Assembly (NCBI GenBank): GCA_963787255.1
Contig: CAWBCJ010000029.1
Span: forward strand, 32,001-96,000
DNA length: 64,000 nt
From: Methanobacteriota archaeon
GTDB taxonomy: Archaea; Methanobacteriota; Methanobacteria; Methanobacteriales; Methanobacteriaceae
Reading direction: 5' to 3'
Both the position numbers and the translations under genes were made by a program. This document shows, one piece after another, positions 20,431-31,283 of this stretch (its first letter is position 1; each line of letters begins with the position of its first letter). The notes beneath the pieces are model-generated. The model saw only the letters and a list, made by a program, of their open reading frames with translations, was not told the DNA's origin and searched no databases.

Positions 20431-22698
20431 ATGATGGAAAAATTAGGGCAAAATAAAATATATGGGCGTTTAATTGATGAAAAAAACAATCCAATTGCTG
20501 ATCTTAAAATAAAAGTATGGAATGCTAATTCTGGACTTTTTGAAGATAATAAAAAATTAGGGCGGTCAAAGACCAGTAATGAAGGTAAATTCGAAATTTA
20601 TTATTCTACAAACGCTCAAAAATCATTTAATAATGGTAAAATCAATATTAAATTGGATATTCTTGTTGATGATGAAGTCATAATGTCTATATCTAAAGAA
20701 AATATTAATGATATTTTCGATTTTGGAGATATAGAATTTAAAAAGTATAATATCGGTGTTAAAGGTAGGATTATTGATGAAAATGGAAATTCTATCTCTG
20801 GATTAACAGTGATTGCAGAAGATGTTGATTTTGGAAAAATGGAATTAAATGCACTTGGTTTAATTGAATCCAAAATTAAATCATTTATTAAAGATGAAGG
20901 AATATTAAGTAGTTCTTTTGATTTTATAAAAGAAAAATATGAAATCTTATTACCCTTTCGGGATGATTATTTAGGATCCGCTGTTACAGACGAAAATGGA
21001 TATTACTACATTATTTACCCTCCCGGAAGATATAAAGATATTTTAGATAAGGAACCAGACATAAAGATCATTGTTAAGGATAAATTGGGAGTATTCGAGC
21101 TTATAGAGACAGAAGTTCACAAGGACATTACCAGTGTTATAGAAAATATAGATGACATCATAATTCACCGTGCAGAAATTGAAGGATGGCACGTTACATT
21201 AAAAGGCAGTTCTCCATCACGACTTACCTCAAATAATAATTTCGAAATATTAATTGACAATAAAAATGCTCTGGAAAAGATTGTTGAAGTAATAGAGAAA
21301 GCAGAATCTTATATTTATTTAACTCAGTTTGAATTTTATCCGGATTTTATTCCTCGGTTCTTTTCTTCATCAGATGAAACATCAGAATATAAATCAGATG
21401 ATCCTTTAGTATACAAACTTTTAGAAGCTCAAAATCAAGGCACTGATGTTAAAATAATTATAAACGAGAATGCCATTGTTCCTGATAATTACGACGAATT
21501 ATACAACTATTTTAAGGACAGTGGAGTTGAAGTAAGGAGATTTCCAGCAAAAGGACCTTATGCAATGCACGCAAAAGTGCTGATTGTAGACGGGAATAAA
21601 GCTTTTATTATAGGCTCCCCATTCAGTCAAAGTTATTGGGATACTAATAAACATGACATCAACGAACCAAGACGTTTGAATAAAAATGAAGGACCTCTAC
21701 ATGATGTTTCAATATATCTGGAAGGTCCTGTGATCAATAATCTGGAAGAGTTTTTCATGGAACTCTGGAATTACCTTTCAGACCAGCATTTTGATGGGGA
21801 AGGTAAAATTAAAGAAATTAAATCTTTAAATAAAGAAATAATTTCTAATGAAGCTTCAAATAAAATACAAGAAATTAATCCATATTTAAAAGCTGAAAAT
21901 GAGTCTTTGCAAATTGTAAGATCAATCACTCCTGGTACGATAAGCAAAGAAGGAGAAGCAGGAGTATTGGAGGCTTATAGAAAAGCCATCACCAATGCAG
22001 AAGATTTTATATATCTTGAAAACCAGTATTTCACCAATAAATACATTATTGGAGCTTTAAAAGAAGCTATTGAGCTTAATCCAGATTTGCAGCTAATTAT
22101 GGTAATAAATGAAGTTCCTGACGTTCCAACTTACCGGAGCTGGCAACATTACGGTTTTGAATTCATGGGACTTGACCTGCAAAAGCTGATTATAGAACAT
22201 CCGCAGATTGGAGTATTTGCTAAATGGTCAGGTAAATTCCAAAATGGAAAGAATAAACTGCGAAATTGTTACATTCACAGCAAAGTAGCAATTGTAGATG
22301 ATATATGGGCTACAATAGGCACTTCCAACCTGGATGGTTCATCTTTAAGCTGTGCTGAAGAGTTTGGAAGCAGTGAAACTTCCGAAAATTATCGTAACAT
22401 GGAAATGAATGCTTTAATGTTTGACATGGACACCCCCAAAACCGGGAAAATTGAAAAATTCAGAAAAATATTATGGAGCGAACATTTAGGAATAGATATA
22501 ACCAATTTGGAGCGTCCTTTAAATGGATGGCTCGATTTATGGAAAGATAAAGGTTACGAGAATATAAGTGAATTGGAAAGGGAAGAAATTATTCTCCATG
22601 GTGGAATTTTACCTTACAGTACAAAGAAAAACTCTAAAGAACAGATAAAAGACCTTGTAGAACAGTATAGAAGAATAAAAGGAAGATTTAACCGTTGA
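20431..22698 (+). CDS. Phospholipase D family protein with two N-terminal beta-sandwich repeats
   Basis: Two HKD motifs (HAKVLIVD, HSKVAIVD), IYLENQYF, GTSNLD..S; repeats GR.IDE..N.I..L...LG...T...G....Y; start placed at ATG 20431. Confidence 0.88.
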   Translation: MMEKLGQNKIYGRLIDEKNNPIADLKIKVWNANSGLFEDNKKLGRSKTSNEGKFEIYYSTNAQKSFNNGKINIKLDILVDDEVIMSISKENINDIFDFGDIEFKKYNIGVKGRIIDENGNSISGLTVIAEDVDFGKMELNALGLIESKIKSFIKDEGILSSSFDFIKEKYEILLPFRDDYLGSAVTDENGYYYIIYPPGRYKDILDKEPDIKIIVKDKLGVFELIETEVHKDITSVIENIDDIIIHRAEIEGWHVTLKGSSPSRLTSNNNFEILIDNKNALEKIVEVIEKAESYIYLTQFEFYPDFIPRFFSSSDETSEYKSDDPLVYKLLEAQNQGTDVKIIINENAIVPDNYDELYNYFKDSGVEVRRFPAKGPYAMHAKVLIVDGNKAFIIGSPFSQSYWDTNKHDINEPRRLNKNEGPLHDVSIYLEGPVINNLEEFFMELWNYLSDQHFDGEGKIKEIKSLNKEIISNEASNKIQEINPYLKAENESLQIVRSITPGTISKEGEAGVLEAYRKAITNAEDFIYLENQYFTNKYIIGALKEAIELNPDLQLIMVINEVPDVPTYRSWQHYGFEFMGLDLQKLIIEHPQIGVFAKWSGKFQNGKNKLRNCYIHSKVAIVDDIWATIGTSNLDGSSLSCAEEFGSSETSENYRNMEMNALMFDMDTPKTGKIEKFRKILWSEHLGIDITNLERPLNGWLDLWKDKGYENISELEREEIILHGGILPYSTKKNSKEQIKDLVEQYRRIKGRFNR

Positions 22699-22785
22699 AA
22701 TAGAATTAAAAAAAGTTAATAGATACTAATAATATAAAAATTAAATAAATTACAAAGGAATTTTATTAACCTAAAAGGTGTTAAA

Positions 22786-24078
22786 TTGATTGATTTATGC
22801 TTAACTAACTGTAAAATCGTTCCCGAAAACTTAGAATGTTCCATAGGGATTGATAATGGAAAAATTGTTTCCATTACAAAAATACCCCCTAAAAGCAGTG
22901 AAATAATGGATATTAAAGGAAACCCAATTTTACCCGGTTTAATTGATTCACACGTTCATTTTAGAGATCCAGGGCTTACGTATAAAGAAGATTTTAGAAG
23001 CGGCAGTGAAGCAGCAGCAAACGGAGGATTCACCACAATTATGGATATGCCCAATACTAAACCTCCTACAGTAACTAAAAAAGCCTTTCTAGAGAAATTG
23101 GATATTGCCAGGAAAAAGAGCATTGTTGATTTTGCGCTGCATGCAAGCGTATATGATACTAAACAAATTAAACCAATATCCGAGCTTAAACCTGCTTCTT
23201 TTAAAATATACATGGATTCAGTTGATAACGGATTTTTAATGGAAGTTTTTGAAGAAATTTCAAAATTAAACGAAAAGAAATTAATTTCGCTTCACGCCGA
23301 AGAAAAAGATATAACAAACTATTGCACAGATGATGCAAAAATGAACGGCAGTATAAATCCTGAAATTTATGCAGAAGCACGGCCACCCATTGCTGAAATC
23401 ACTGGTACCTCTATAGCAGTTTCCATGGCGCTTTATTTCAATTTAGCTATTCATATTTGCCATGTTAGTGCTAAACAAACTCTTGAACTTATAGAAAATG
23501 CTAAAAAGCAAGGATGCAAAATTACATCTGAAATAACACCCCATCATCTATTATTAGATTCAAGTTATCTTAAAAAAATGGGTAATTTAGCCAAAACAAA
23601 TCCGCCTCTTAGAAATAACGCACATAGGTTGAAAATTTCTGATTTAAATCAAATAGAACTGATAGGAACGGACCATGCTCCTCATACAATTAAAGAAAAG
23701 AAATATAATTTATGGGAGGCACCACCAGGAATCCCCAACCTTGAAACAACACTGCCACTGCTTTTAACTCATGTTAACCAGGGGAAAATGACCTTTGGTG
23801 AAATTAAAAGACTTCTATCCGAAAATCCGGCCCAAATTTTCAGTCTTCAAAACAAAGGTAGAATAGAAAAGGGAATGGACGCAGACTTTGTAGTAGTTGA
23901 TATGAAAAAAGAATGCACCATAAATCCAGAAAACTTTAAAACTAAGGCTAAATACTCTCCTTTTGAAGGTTTCAATGTAAAAGGAATGCCAGTTATGACC
24001 ATGATTCGTGGCCATGTGGTTATGGAAAATGGCGAGATTTTTGAAAATAAAGGAGAACATGTTTACAAAATAAGATGA
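22786..24078 (+). CDS. pyrC: Dihydroorotase
   Basis: DSHVHFRDPG, DMPNT.PP, TNPPLR, GTDHAPH. Confidence 0.93.
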   Translation: MIDLCLTNCKIVPENLECSIGIDNGKIVSITKIPPKSSEIMDIKGNPILPGLIDSHVHFRDPGLTYKEDFRSGSEAAANGGFTTIMDMPNTKPPTVTKKAFLEKLDIARKKSIVDFALHASVYDTKQIKPISELKPASFKIYMDSVDNGFLMEVFEEISKLNEKKLISLHAEEKDITNYCTDDAKMNGSINPEIYAEARPPIAEITGTSIAVSMALYFNLAIHICHVSAKQTLELIENAKKQGCKITSEITPHHLLLDSSYLKKMGNLAKTNPPLRNNAHRLKISDLNQIELIGTDHAPHTIKEKKYNLWEAPPGIPNLETTLPLLLTHVNQGKMTFGEIKRLLSENPAQIFSLQNKGRIEKGMDADFVVVDMKKECTINPENFKTKAKYSPFEGFNVKGMPVMTMIRGHVVMENGEIFENKGEHVYKIR

Positions 24079-24111
24079 AGTGTGCATTAAAATAAAGTAA
24101 GGAGTGATAAA

Positions 24112-24294
24112 ATGTGCGAATCAACAGTTTACTCAACAGATGGTGACACCATCATGGAAGATGTGCTATACATTAAAATAAACGACGAAAAAATTGATCT
24201 TACAGACATATTGGGTCAGAAAAAAAACATAACTGGCACAATAGTTGAACTTGACCTAGATAAACACGGTATTTTCATAAAAATGAATAAATAA
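24112..24294 (+). CDS. cooT: CooT family nickel-binding protein
   Basis: MCES.VY start, IMEDV, DILG, H near the C-terminus; 60 aa. Confidence 0.82.
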   Translation: MCESTVYSTDGDTIMEDVLYIKINDEKIDLTDILGQKKNITGTIVELDLDKHGIFIKMNK

Positions 24295-24633
24295 AATAAT
24301 TATTTTTTTCTTTTTGACTTTAATTCAATTATTCAGATATAATAGTAGTTTAAAATTAAGAATTTACTTGTGCAAAATATCATCTTTATAAATAATTTAT
24401 ATCATCCTATGAAATTTTTCACAAATCACATGAAAATGTTAAAACTATTATTAGACTTAGAGTTTCAAGTATATTTATTTTTTTAAATTGTGAATTTAAA
24501 AAAGAACCTATAACCAATATTTTTTTCCATATTTAATTTGAAAAACACTGTAATTTAAAGTTTAAGGAATAATAAAATTTTAAAATAAATTTTAGAATAT
24601 AATTTAGTGTTTAGAACTAAAAATAAAATATGT

Positions 24634-24660
24634 TGGTGGAAAAATCCACCAGAAAAAAAA
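24634..24660 (-). terminator. U-tract and hairpin at the mvh operon 3' end
   Basis: T8 tract, then TGGTGGA-TTTT-TCCACCA on the minus strand, just after the mvhB stop. Confidence 0.55.
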
Positions 24661-24664
24661 TTCC

Positions 24665-25864
24665 TTATTTTAGAGATAATGCTGTGTTTGGACAGAAATC
24701 AATACATTTGTCACAGAGTATACAGAATCCTTTAAGGGGTACTTTTGCACCTTCTTCAAGTTTCAGCATGTCGTAAGGACATACTTCAACACAGTCACCA
24801 CATTCATCACACAATGCAGGGCTGAATTCAATTCTATCTCTTTTGACCATTTCACCGTTGATTTCTTTGTCTACTTCTGTCACTCTAAGTGCACCTGTTG
24901 GACAAATGGAAGCACATGCTCCACATCTTGTACACATTGCGTAAGATTCACCAGGTTCCACTTTTATGGCTTCAGTAGGACATACGGTAGCACATCCACC
25001 ATCTAAGATACAAAGTTCTTCATTCCTGACAAGTCCTTTATCAGAGGCAGGTGTAGCCGGTCCAAGTTCCACATCAAGGTTTATAGCCTCAACAGGACAC
25101 ATTTGAGCGCAAAGTCCGCACGCTGTACAAATATCTGGAAGTTCCACTGAAAGATCAGCAGCCTTGGACTTAATAAAGTCTCCAGGACACGCTTCGACAC
25201 ATACATTACATCCAATACATGCATCTTGGTCAAGATCGAATGCTATTATGTCTTTAGATCGTTTAACTGGTTCTTTACCGGAGATATACACTGCATTCCA
25301 TGGGCATGTTTGAGAACATACTCCACATTTAATACATGCTTCTTCATCGATTTCGATTGGTTCACCTATTTCAGAAAGGGTTATAGCATCAACAGGGCAT
25401 TCATCTACACACATTCCACAGCCGACACAATCAACAATTGCTATAGGTCCTGAAATATCCTTTTCAATGATTTTAGGCTCTATTATACCTTCCACTCCAA
25501 TAACGTCAACTGGACATACATCCACACATTTCTGGCACATTACACAGAATCCTTCTAAAGGAACTGTTTGGACTTTTCCTTCTTCTAGTTTTAAGACATT
25601 TGGAGGGCAAACTTCTACACATTCTCCACATTCATCACATAATGAAGGGCTGAACACTATGCGAGTTTGAGTTTCACCAGTATCGCCTATTGGCATTTCT
25701 GCTGATTTTAAGGCGCCTGTTGGGCATGTTGTCACGCATTTTGGTTCACCTGCACACATATCGCAGTAAATCACATCTTCAGGTGATACCGCAATTGCTG
25801 CTGTTGGACATGTGCCTTCACAAGCCCCACATCTAATGCAACCTTCCTTATTTACTACTATCAT
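24665..25864 (-). CDS. mvhB: Polyferredoxin MvhB
   Basis: Many tandem CxxCxxCxxxCP motifs; last gene of mvhDGAB. Confidence 0.95.
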   Translation of the reverse strand: MIVVNKEGCIRCGACEGTCPTAAIAVSPEDVIYCDMCAGEPKCVTTCPTGALKSAEMPIGDTGETQTRIVFSPSLCDECGECVEVCPPNVLKLEEGKVQTVPLEGFCVMCQKCVDVCPVDVIGVEGIIEPKIIEKDISGPIAIVDCVGCGMCVDECPVDAITLSEIGEPIEIDEEACIKCGVCSQTCPWNAVYISGKEPVKRSKDIIAFDLDQDACIGCNVCVEACPGDFIKSKAADLSVELPDICTACGLCAQMCPVEAINLDVELGPATPASDKGLVRNEELCILDGGCATVCPTEAIKVEPGESYAMCTRCGACASICPTGALRVTEVDKEINGEMVKRDRIEFSPALCDECGDCVEVCPYDMLKLEEGAKVPLKGFCILCDKCIDFCPNTALSLK

Positions 25865-25887
25865 TTTTTTTCACCCGTTATATTGGT

Positions 25888-27306
25888 TTAAATTTTGTTT
25901 ATAAGGTTTCCTTGGCTATCGAAAACTTCAAGGGTTGCGAGTTTCATTTGACTGTCAACTTCGTGGGTTGCACAAGATAGACATGGGTCATATGCTCTTA
26001 TTACCATCTCCATTAGGTTGAAAATGCTGTCATCTACTTCTACACCAGGTTTTATATAATCTTTAGCAACTTTCTGAATACCCATTTCCATGGATGGGTT
26101 ATTCTGGATTGTTGCAACTACAATGTTTGCTTTAGTAACGAGTCCATTTTCGTCAGTGGCATAATGGTGAGTTAATGTTCCCCTTGGTGCTTCTACAATT
26201 CCTATACCTTCACCAGCTACTTTTTCAAGGGAATCCTGCCATTTTTGACCGGATAAATCCTGTTCTAAAGTATCAGCAGCACATTCTGCACATGCTACTA
26301 GCTCTATGAGTCTTGCCCAGTGGAAGAGTAATGGTTCGTGTGCGTAGCCGAATGTGTTTTTGAATTCTTTAAAGTATTCCTGTGCTTTAGGTGCAACATC
26401 TGGCATTTTGTCAACTACATTCAACCTTGAAAGAGGTGCAACCCTGTAGATACCTTCGGGGTAGCCTATATCCTTTATGTATGGGAATTTCAAGTAAGAG
26501 TATGGTTTTGTTTTCTCTGCAATGTAGTCAAGGTAATCGTTATTTGCAAATTCCACGTAAGGGTTACCTTCTGGGTCTTTCATCCTTACATCACCGTTGT
26601 ATACATCCCATACACCGTCATTTACAAGACCAGTGTGATATGTTTTAACATAACCAAGTTCCTTTACAAGATCTAAGTTTTCTTCAAAGATTGGAATTGC
26701 TGTTTGAATTGTAGCTTCTGCTAATTCAATGTTCCTTTGTGCTTTTGCAAGTAAATCTTTTTGAGTTTCATCATCAAGTTCTGTGGATATACCACCAGGT
26801 AAGTTTGATGTTGGGTGAATTGGTCTTCCACCAGTTGCTGTTACAATTGCAAGAGCGTTTTTCCTGAGTTCTATAGCCTGTAAAGCTAATTCAGGTGCGT
26901 CTTTAATAATTTGGAAAACATTTCTTGTTTTTCTGTCTTTACCTGCTATAAAATCAGGTGCAGCCAGGAAATAGAAGTGGAGTGCGTGGGAGTGCATGTA
27001 TGAACCCCAGTTCATAAGTTCCCTCATTTTGTATGCTGCTGGGAGAACATCTTCAGGAGCAAACCCGAAAACACCATCAACAGCTTTTGTAGCTGCAAGG
27101 TGGTGTTGTACGTCACATATACCACATATTCTTGGCACTATTCTTGGTACGTCTTCTATTTGTCTTCCTTGTAAGAATTTTTCAAATCCACGGAATTCCA
27201 TTACGTGAAGTCTTGTATCTTCTACGTTTCCTGCGTCGTCAAGTTGTACGGTAATTTTTGCGTGACCTTCAATTCTTGTTACAGGTTCAAGTGTTATTTT
27301 AACCAT
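25888..27306 (-). CDS. mvhA: F420-non-reducing [NiFe] hydrogenase large subunit
   Basis: [23 protein letters not shown] followed by a C-terminal extension. Confidence 0.97.
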   Translation of the reverse strand: MVKITLEPVTRIEGHAKITVQLDDAGNVEDTRLHVMEFRGFEKFLQGRQIEDVPRIVPRICGICDVQHHLAATKAVDGVFGFAPEDVLPAAYKMRELMNWGSYMHSHALHFYFLAAPDFIAGKDRKTRNVFQIIKDAPELALQAIELRKNALAIVTATGGRPIHPTSNLPGGISTELDDETQKDLLAKAQRNIELAEATIQTAIPIFEENLDLVKELGYVKTYHTGLVNDGVWDVYNGDVRMKDPEGNPYVEFANNDYLDYIAEKTKPYSYLKFPYIKDIGYPEGIYRVAPLSRLNVVDKMPDVAPKAQEYFKEFKNTFGYAHEPLLFHWARLIELVACAECAADTLEQDLSGQKWQDSLEKVAGEGIGIVEAPRGTLTHHYATDENGLVTKANIVVATIQNNPSMEMGIQKVAKDYIKPGVEVDDSIFNLMEMVIRAYDPCLSCATHEVDSQMKLATLEVFDSQGNLINKI

Positions 27307-27307
27307 A

Positions 27308-28240
27308 TTATTTTCCCTCCATTTTCCTTACTTTCATAGGTACTAATGAAGCAGGGAGTGTGAATGTGTAGAAAGTACCTACAACGTCGTCGAGTTGTTC
27401 TGCAACTTTTTCTGGGTCAACGGTTTTATCTTCTCCAAGACCGTAGTCAGATCCAATTGCACTTATCATTTTAGCTCCTTGATCCATTACTTTTGAGGTT
27501 GGTCCGTAGCATCCTCTACAAGGTACTGCAATGCTTGGACATTCTGCTCCGCAAAGTGAGAGTGTTGCAGGGCCCATGCAAACTAATCCCTGAGTTACAA
27601 GACATACATCTTCTTCAGGCTTACCTAATTCAAACTGTCTTTTGATTTCGTCCATTGCCATTCCTTCTGGTGGCTTCTCTCTTGGACAAACTTCACATAG
27701 GTTTGTGTTTGGTATTTCAAGAGGTTTTCCTGTAAGTAAAGCGACAATTGCTTCTGCTGTAACGTCAGATCTTGGTGGGCAGCCAGGAATAGCTACATCA
27801 ATATCTATAACTTCGCCAAGAGGTTTTACCCTACTTTCAAATGTTGGTACTTCTTCTGATGGAAGAATACCTTCAGGGTTTACGTTACTTGGGCAGTTTA
27901 AGTATGCTTCATTTAGAAGTTCTTCGTTGGTGCATAAGTTTCCAAGTCCTGGAATTCCGCCGTAAACAGCGCATGTACCATATGCTATAACGATATCGGC
28001 TTTTTCTCTGATTTTGTGTGCCATTTCAAGGTTTTCATCGTTTCTGATTCCACCTTCAACAATAGCAACGTTTACTTTTGGAATTTCGTCGTATTTAACA
28101 TCCATTAAAACAGGGCTGTGTTCAAATTCTGCTAGTTCCATTACGTCAATAATAGCTTCGTGTATATCTGCAATGGATAGGTGACAGCCTGAACAGCCTG
28201 AAAGCCATGTTGTTAATATCTTAACTTTTTCATCTGCCAT
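27308..28240 (-). CDS. mvhG: F420-non-reducing hydrogenase small subunit
   Basis: GCSGC, GTCA..GG, PGCPP, CMGPAT...CGA.CP...PCRGCYG. Confidence 0.96.
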   Translation of the reverse strand: MADEKVKILTTWLSGCSGCHLSIADIHEAIIDVMELAEFEHSPVLMDVKYDEIPKVNVAIVEGGIRNDENLEMAHKIREKADIVIAYGTCAVYGGIPGLGNLCTNEELLNEAYLNCPSNVNPEGILPSEEVPTFESRVKPLGEVIDIDVAIPGCPPRSDVTAEAIVALLTGKPLEIPNTNLCEVCPREKPPEGMAMDEIKRQFELGKPEEDVCLVTQGLVCMGPATLSLCGAECPSIAVPCRGCYGPTSKVMDQGAKMISAIGSDYGLGEDKTVDPEKVAEQLDDVVGTFYTFTLPASLVPMKVRKMEGK

Positions 28241-28242
28241 TT

Positions 28243-28680
28243 TTATGCCTCCGCTTCTGCTTCACTTAACTGTGCTTTAAGCGGTGATGGTCCAAGATTC
28301 TTAACACGATCAACCATCATTTGAACTGTATTCGCGAATTTTTCCCCTTCTGATGCGGAGATCCAGTCGTGGTATACTCTTTCTTTTCCTATTCCGAGAT
28401 CTTCTACCAGTTTGTAGATTAATCTCATCCTTCTGTCTAATTTGTAGTTTCCTGCATCGTAGTGGCAGTCTCCGTGGTGGCAACCAGCTACAATTACACC
28501 GTCTGCACCTTCTTTGAATGCCTTTAGAACAAATTGTGGTTCTATACGTCCTGAACACATTACTCGTATTACACGTATGTTCGGAGGATATTGCATCCTT
28601 GCAGTACCTGCAGTGTCCGCTCCACCATAGGAGCACCAGTTACAACAAAACATAACGATTTTTATATCATCCTCAGCCAT
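28243..28680 (-). CDS. mvhD: Hydrogenase iron-sulfur subunit MvhD
   Basis: [26 protein letters not shown]; ATG 28680 after GGAGG SD. Confidence 0.96.
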   Translation of the reverse strand: MAEDDIKIVMFCCNWCSYGGADTAGTARMQYPPNIRVIRVMCSGRIEPQFVLKAFKEGADGVIVAGCHHGDCHYDAGNYKLDRRMRLIYKLVEDLGIGKERVYHDWISASEGEKFANTVQMMVDRVKNLGPSPLKAQLSEAEAEA

Positions 28681-28703
28681 AGAGTTTCCTCCTTGCGTTT
28701 CCA

Positions 28704-28770
28704 TGTACTTATAAGTTGTACTAATTTGTGTACTATGTACACTTATAGGTATAAAACCACTTAATATAAA
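28704..28770 (-). promoter_or_regulatory. Putative mvh promoter and palindromic leader elements
   Basis: TTTATATT box at 28770-28763; four TGTAC repeats; ACTTATAAGT palindrome; GTGTAC-TAT-GTACAC inverted repeat. Confidence 0.4.
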
Positions 28771-29180
28771 GGTTATTTATAAATCTAAGTCGAAAAATTT
28801 ATATATGAAAACCTGAGGATCATATTTAAAATAAGTAGAATAAAGAAGTTTATTCCTATTTATCATGATGTTTAACTATTAAACTATTATTCAACATCTA
28901 TTATATTTTAATTTTAGTAAATAGCCCATATAAACACGTTAATTCCTATAATTGGAACTAGTTAATATTAATTATTTTATATTACTAAATAACATCTTAT
29001 TGTTTAAATATAACTTTCTGTTTTTATTAAATTCTAATTTATAATTAATGCAAATTAACTTTTTTAAATCTTTTAAGTTAACAGTTGTTAAGTAGCAAGA
29101 GCAATATAAATTATAATTACAAAAGAATTATTTTAAGTAAAAATAAAACCCATAATATATAAAAAAATGGTGGTGGTAAA

Positions 29181-29942
29181 CTGCTACTTGAAATAACCGA
29201 TTTAGCTGTTGAAGTAAGCGGTAGAGAAGTATTAAGCGATATAGACCTTTATATTGACAAAGGAGAAACTCACGTTCTTTTAGGACCAAATGGATCAGGA
29301 AAAAGCACATTATTCATGGCAATACTTGGATTTCCAAAATATAAAATAACCCGAGGAGAAATAATCTTCAAAGGCGAAAATATAACCAATTATAACACTA
29401 CAGAACGCGTAAAAGCAGGTATAGGCGTTAGTTTCCAAAATCCTCCAGCAATACGTGGGGTGAAATTAAAAAGTATTCTCCAAATGGAAAGTATGGGCGG
29501 CCTAACTGACGATGAAGAATTAAACCCTGAAATGATGGAATTAGCTGAAAAACTAAAAATGAGCGACAGATTTTTAGAGCGGGATGTGAATCTTGGATTT
29601 TCGGGTGGCGAAGTAAAGCGTTCGGAGATTCTACAGCTTCTCGCACAGCAACCGGACTTTGTAATGTTTGATGAGCCAGATTCTGGTGTTGATATCGAAA
29701 ATGTAGAGCTTCTAGCAGAAGAAATTAATGTATTACTAGATAAAGACAAGAAACCAGGTTTGAGGGAAAAATCAGGACTTCTTATAACTCACCTGGGCTA
29801 TATTTTGAATTTTGTAAGTGCAGACACCGCTCATGTGCTTATGGATGGTAAAATAGCCTGTTCAGGAAATCCCGCTGAAATTTTAGAAGATATACGAAAA
29901 GAAGGATTTAAAGGATGTGTTGAATGTTGCAGAGTACATTAG
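29181..29942 (+). CDS. sufC: Fe-S assembly ATPase SufC/SmsC, probable CTG start
   Basis: In-frame extension LLLEITDLAV...LLGPNGSGKST contains Walker A; GGTGG SD; FSGGE, FDEPDSG; C-terminal CVEC. Confidence 0.9.
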   Translation: MLLEITDLAVEVSGREVLSDIDLYIDKGETHVLLGPNGSGKSTLFMAILGFPKYKITRGEIIFKGENITNYNTTERVKAGIGVSFQNPPAIRGVKLKSILQMESMGGLTDDEELNPEMMELAEKLKMSDRFLERDVNLGFSGGEVKRSEILQLLAQQPDFVMFDEPDSGVDIENVELLAEEINVLLDKDKKPGLREKSGLLITHLGYILNFVSADTAHVLMDGKIACSGNPAEILEDIRKEGFKGCVECCRVH

Positions 29943-31156
29943 AACGTGCTAAAAAAGCAAGGGAAAAGAAAGCTCTTTATGGAGAAGACATCGATCTGGA
30001 AAAATTTATTAGAGAAGAAGCCGGAGAACATGAAAGAGTAGATAAAGCAACTGAAGTATCTAAGAAAGTTCAGGATACATTACTTAAAGTAGGAGTAGAT
30101 CCAACCGAAAAAGAACGATCAGGTACCTTTATTCAGGTAGATCAAAGTGGAGTCTGTACCACCTGTCCTTCTGAAAATGTTGAAATAATGGGAATGAATG
30201 TTGCAGTTGAGAAGTACGGATGGCTTAAAGATTACATGTGGAAAGCCGTAGCCCCTGATGCTGACAAATACACAGCCCAAACTGCCCTTAGAGAAGCTGA
30301 AGAAGGAAGCAGCGGTTATTTCATAAGATCTCCGCCCGGTGCCAAAGAATTGTTCCCATTGCAGGCGTGCATGTTCATTGGGGACCAAAATGTTATGCAA
30401 AATGTCCATAACGTTATCATTGCAGAAGAAAACTCTGAGCTGCACATAATTACGGGCTGTGCTACAGGTGAGGATGTAAGTTCAGCGCTTCATGTTGGAG
30501 TATCTGAGTTTTACCTTAAAAAAGGAGCTAAAATAACATTTACAATGGTTCACAATTGGGCAGAACAAGTAGATGTACGTCCAAGAACTGGTATTATGAC
30601 CGGAGACGATTCAACATATATAAGCAATTATATTCTTACAAGCCCTGTTAAAAGTATTCAGTCTTATCCTACTGCATATTGTTCAGGTAAAAACTCAAAA
30701 GTGTTGTTCCAATCCATTCTCGGAGGCCAAAAGGATTCTGTACTGGACATAGGTTCTCGTGTAATTTTAGAAGGTACCGGTTCCAGCTGTGAAATGATTT
30801 CAAGGGCAGTTGCTAAAGATCAATCTCAGCTTTATGCTCGTGGGCATTTAGCCGGTAGAACACAAAATGTCAAAGGGCATTTAGAATGTCACGGATTGGT
30901 TTTATCTGACGATTCTATGATCTATGCTGTTCCAGAGCTTGAAGGTAGCGCTACTGAGCTTGAAATGTCTCACGAGGCGGCTGTAGGTAAAATTGCCGAA
31001 GAAGAAGTGCTTTATCTGATGTCAAGAGGCCTTACAGAAGAAGAAGCCGCTTCCATGATTGTTAGAGGATTTTTAAGCATGGACATCACTGGTTTGCCTC
31101 AAGAACTCGCTGAAGAGACTAAAAGAATGTTGGATATGAGTTTAAAAGGTATGTAA
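29924..31156 (+). CDS. sufB: Fe-S scaffold SufB/SmsB
   Basis: PLQAC, HIITGC, GHLECHGL, SHEAAVGKI, YLMSRGL. Confidence 0.93.
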   Translation: MLQSTLERAKKAREKKALYGEDIDLEKFIREEAGEHERVDKATEVSKKVQDTLLKVGVDPTEKERSGTFIQVDQSGVCTTCPSENVEIMGMNVAVEKYGWLKDYMWKAVAPDADKYTAQTALREAEEGSSGYFIRSPPGAKELFPLQACMFIGDQNVMQNVHNVIIAEENSELHIITGCATGEDVSSALHVGVSEFYLKKGAKITFTMVHNWAEQVDVRPRTGIMTGDDSTYISNYILTSPVKSIQSYPTAYCSGKNSKVLFQSILGGQKDSVLDIGSRVILEGTGSSCEMISRAVAKDQSQLYARGHLAGRTQNVKGHLECHGLVLSDDSMIYAVPELEGSATELEMSHEAAVGKIAEEEVLYLMSRGLTEEEAASMIVRGFLSMDITGLPQELAEETKRMLDMSLKGM

Positions 31157-31200
31157 TCATTGAATATCACTTTCAATGATTTAATTTATTTTATTTAAAT
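31155..31200 (+). terminator. Hairpin plus T-rich tract after sufB
   Basis: AATCATTGAA / TTCAATGATT perfect 10-bp stem followed by T runs. Confidence 0.55.
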
Positions 31201-31283
31201 TTTAAAATTTCTCATTTTTTTCTTAATTTTTTTCCAAAAAATATTAATTCATTTAGATACATAAAATTAAAAGAGGTAATATC

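Noticed and set aside
4025-24294. larC, cooC, FKBP/SlyD and cooT as a nickel-maturation cluster for Mvh/MCR
   Set aside because: The genes are scattered in unrelated transcription units, so proximity alone is not evidence.
25888-28680. Possible selenocysteine recoding in the mvh genes
   Set aside because: All ligand positions are Cys codons and there is no in-frame TGA.
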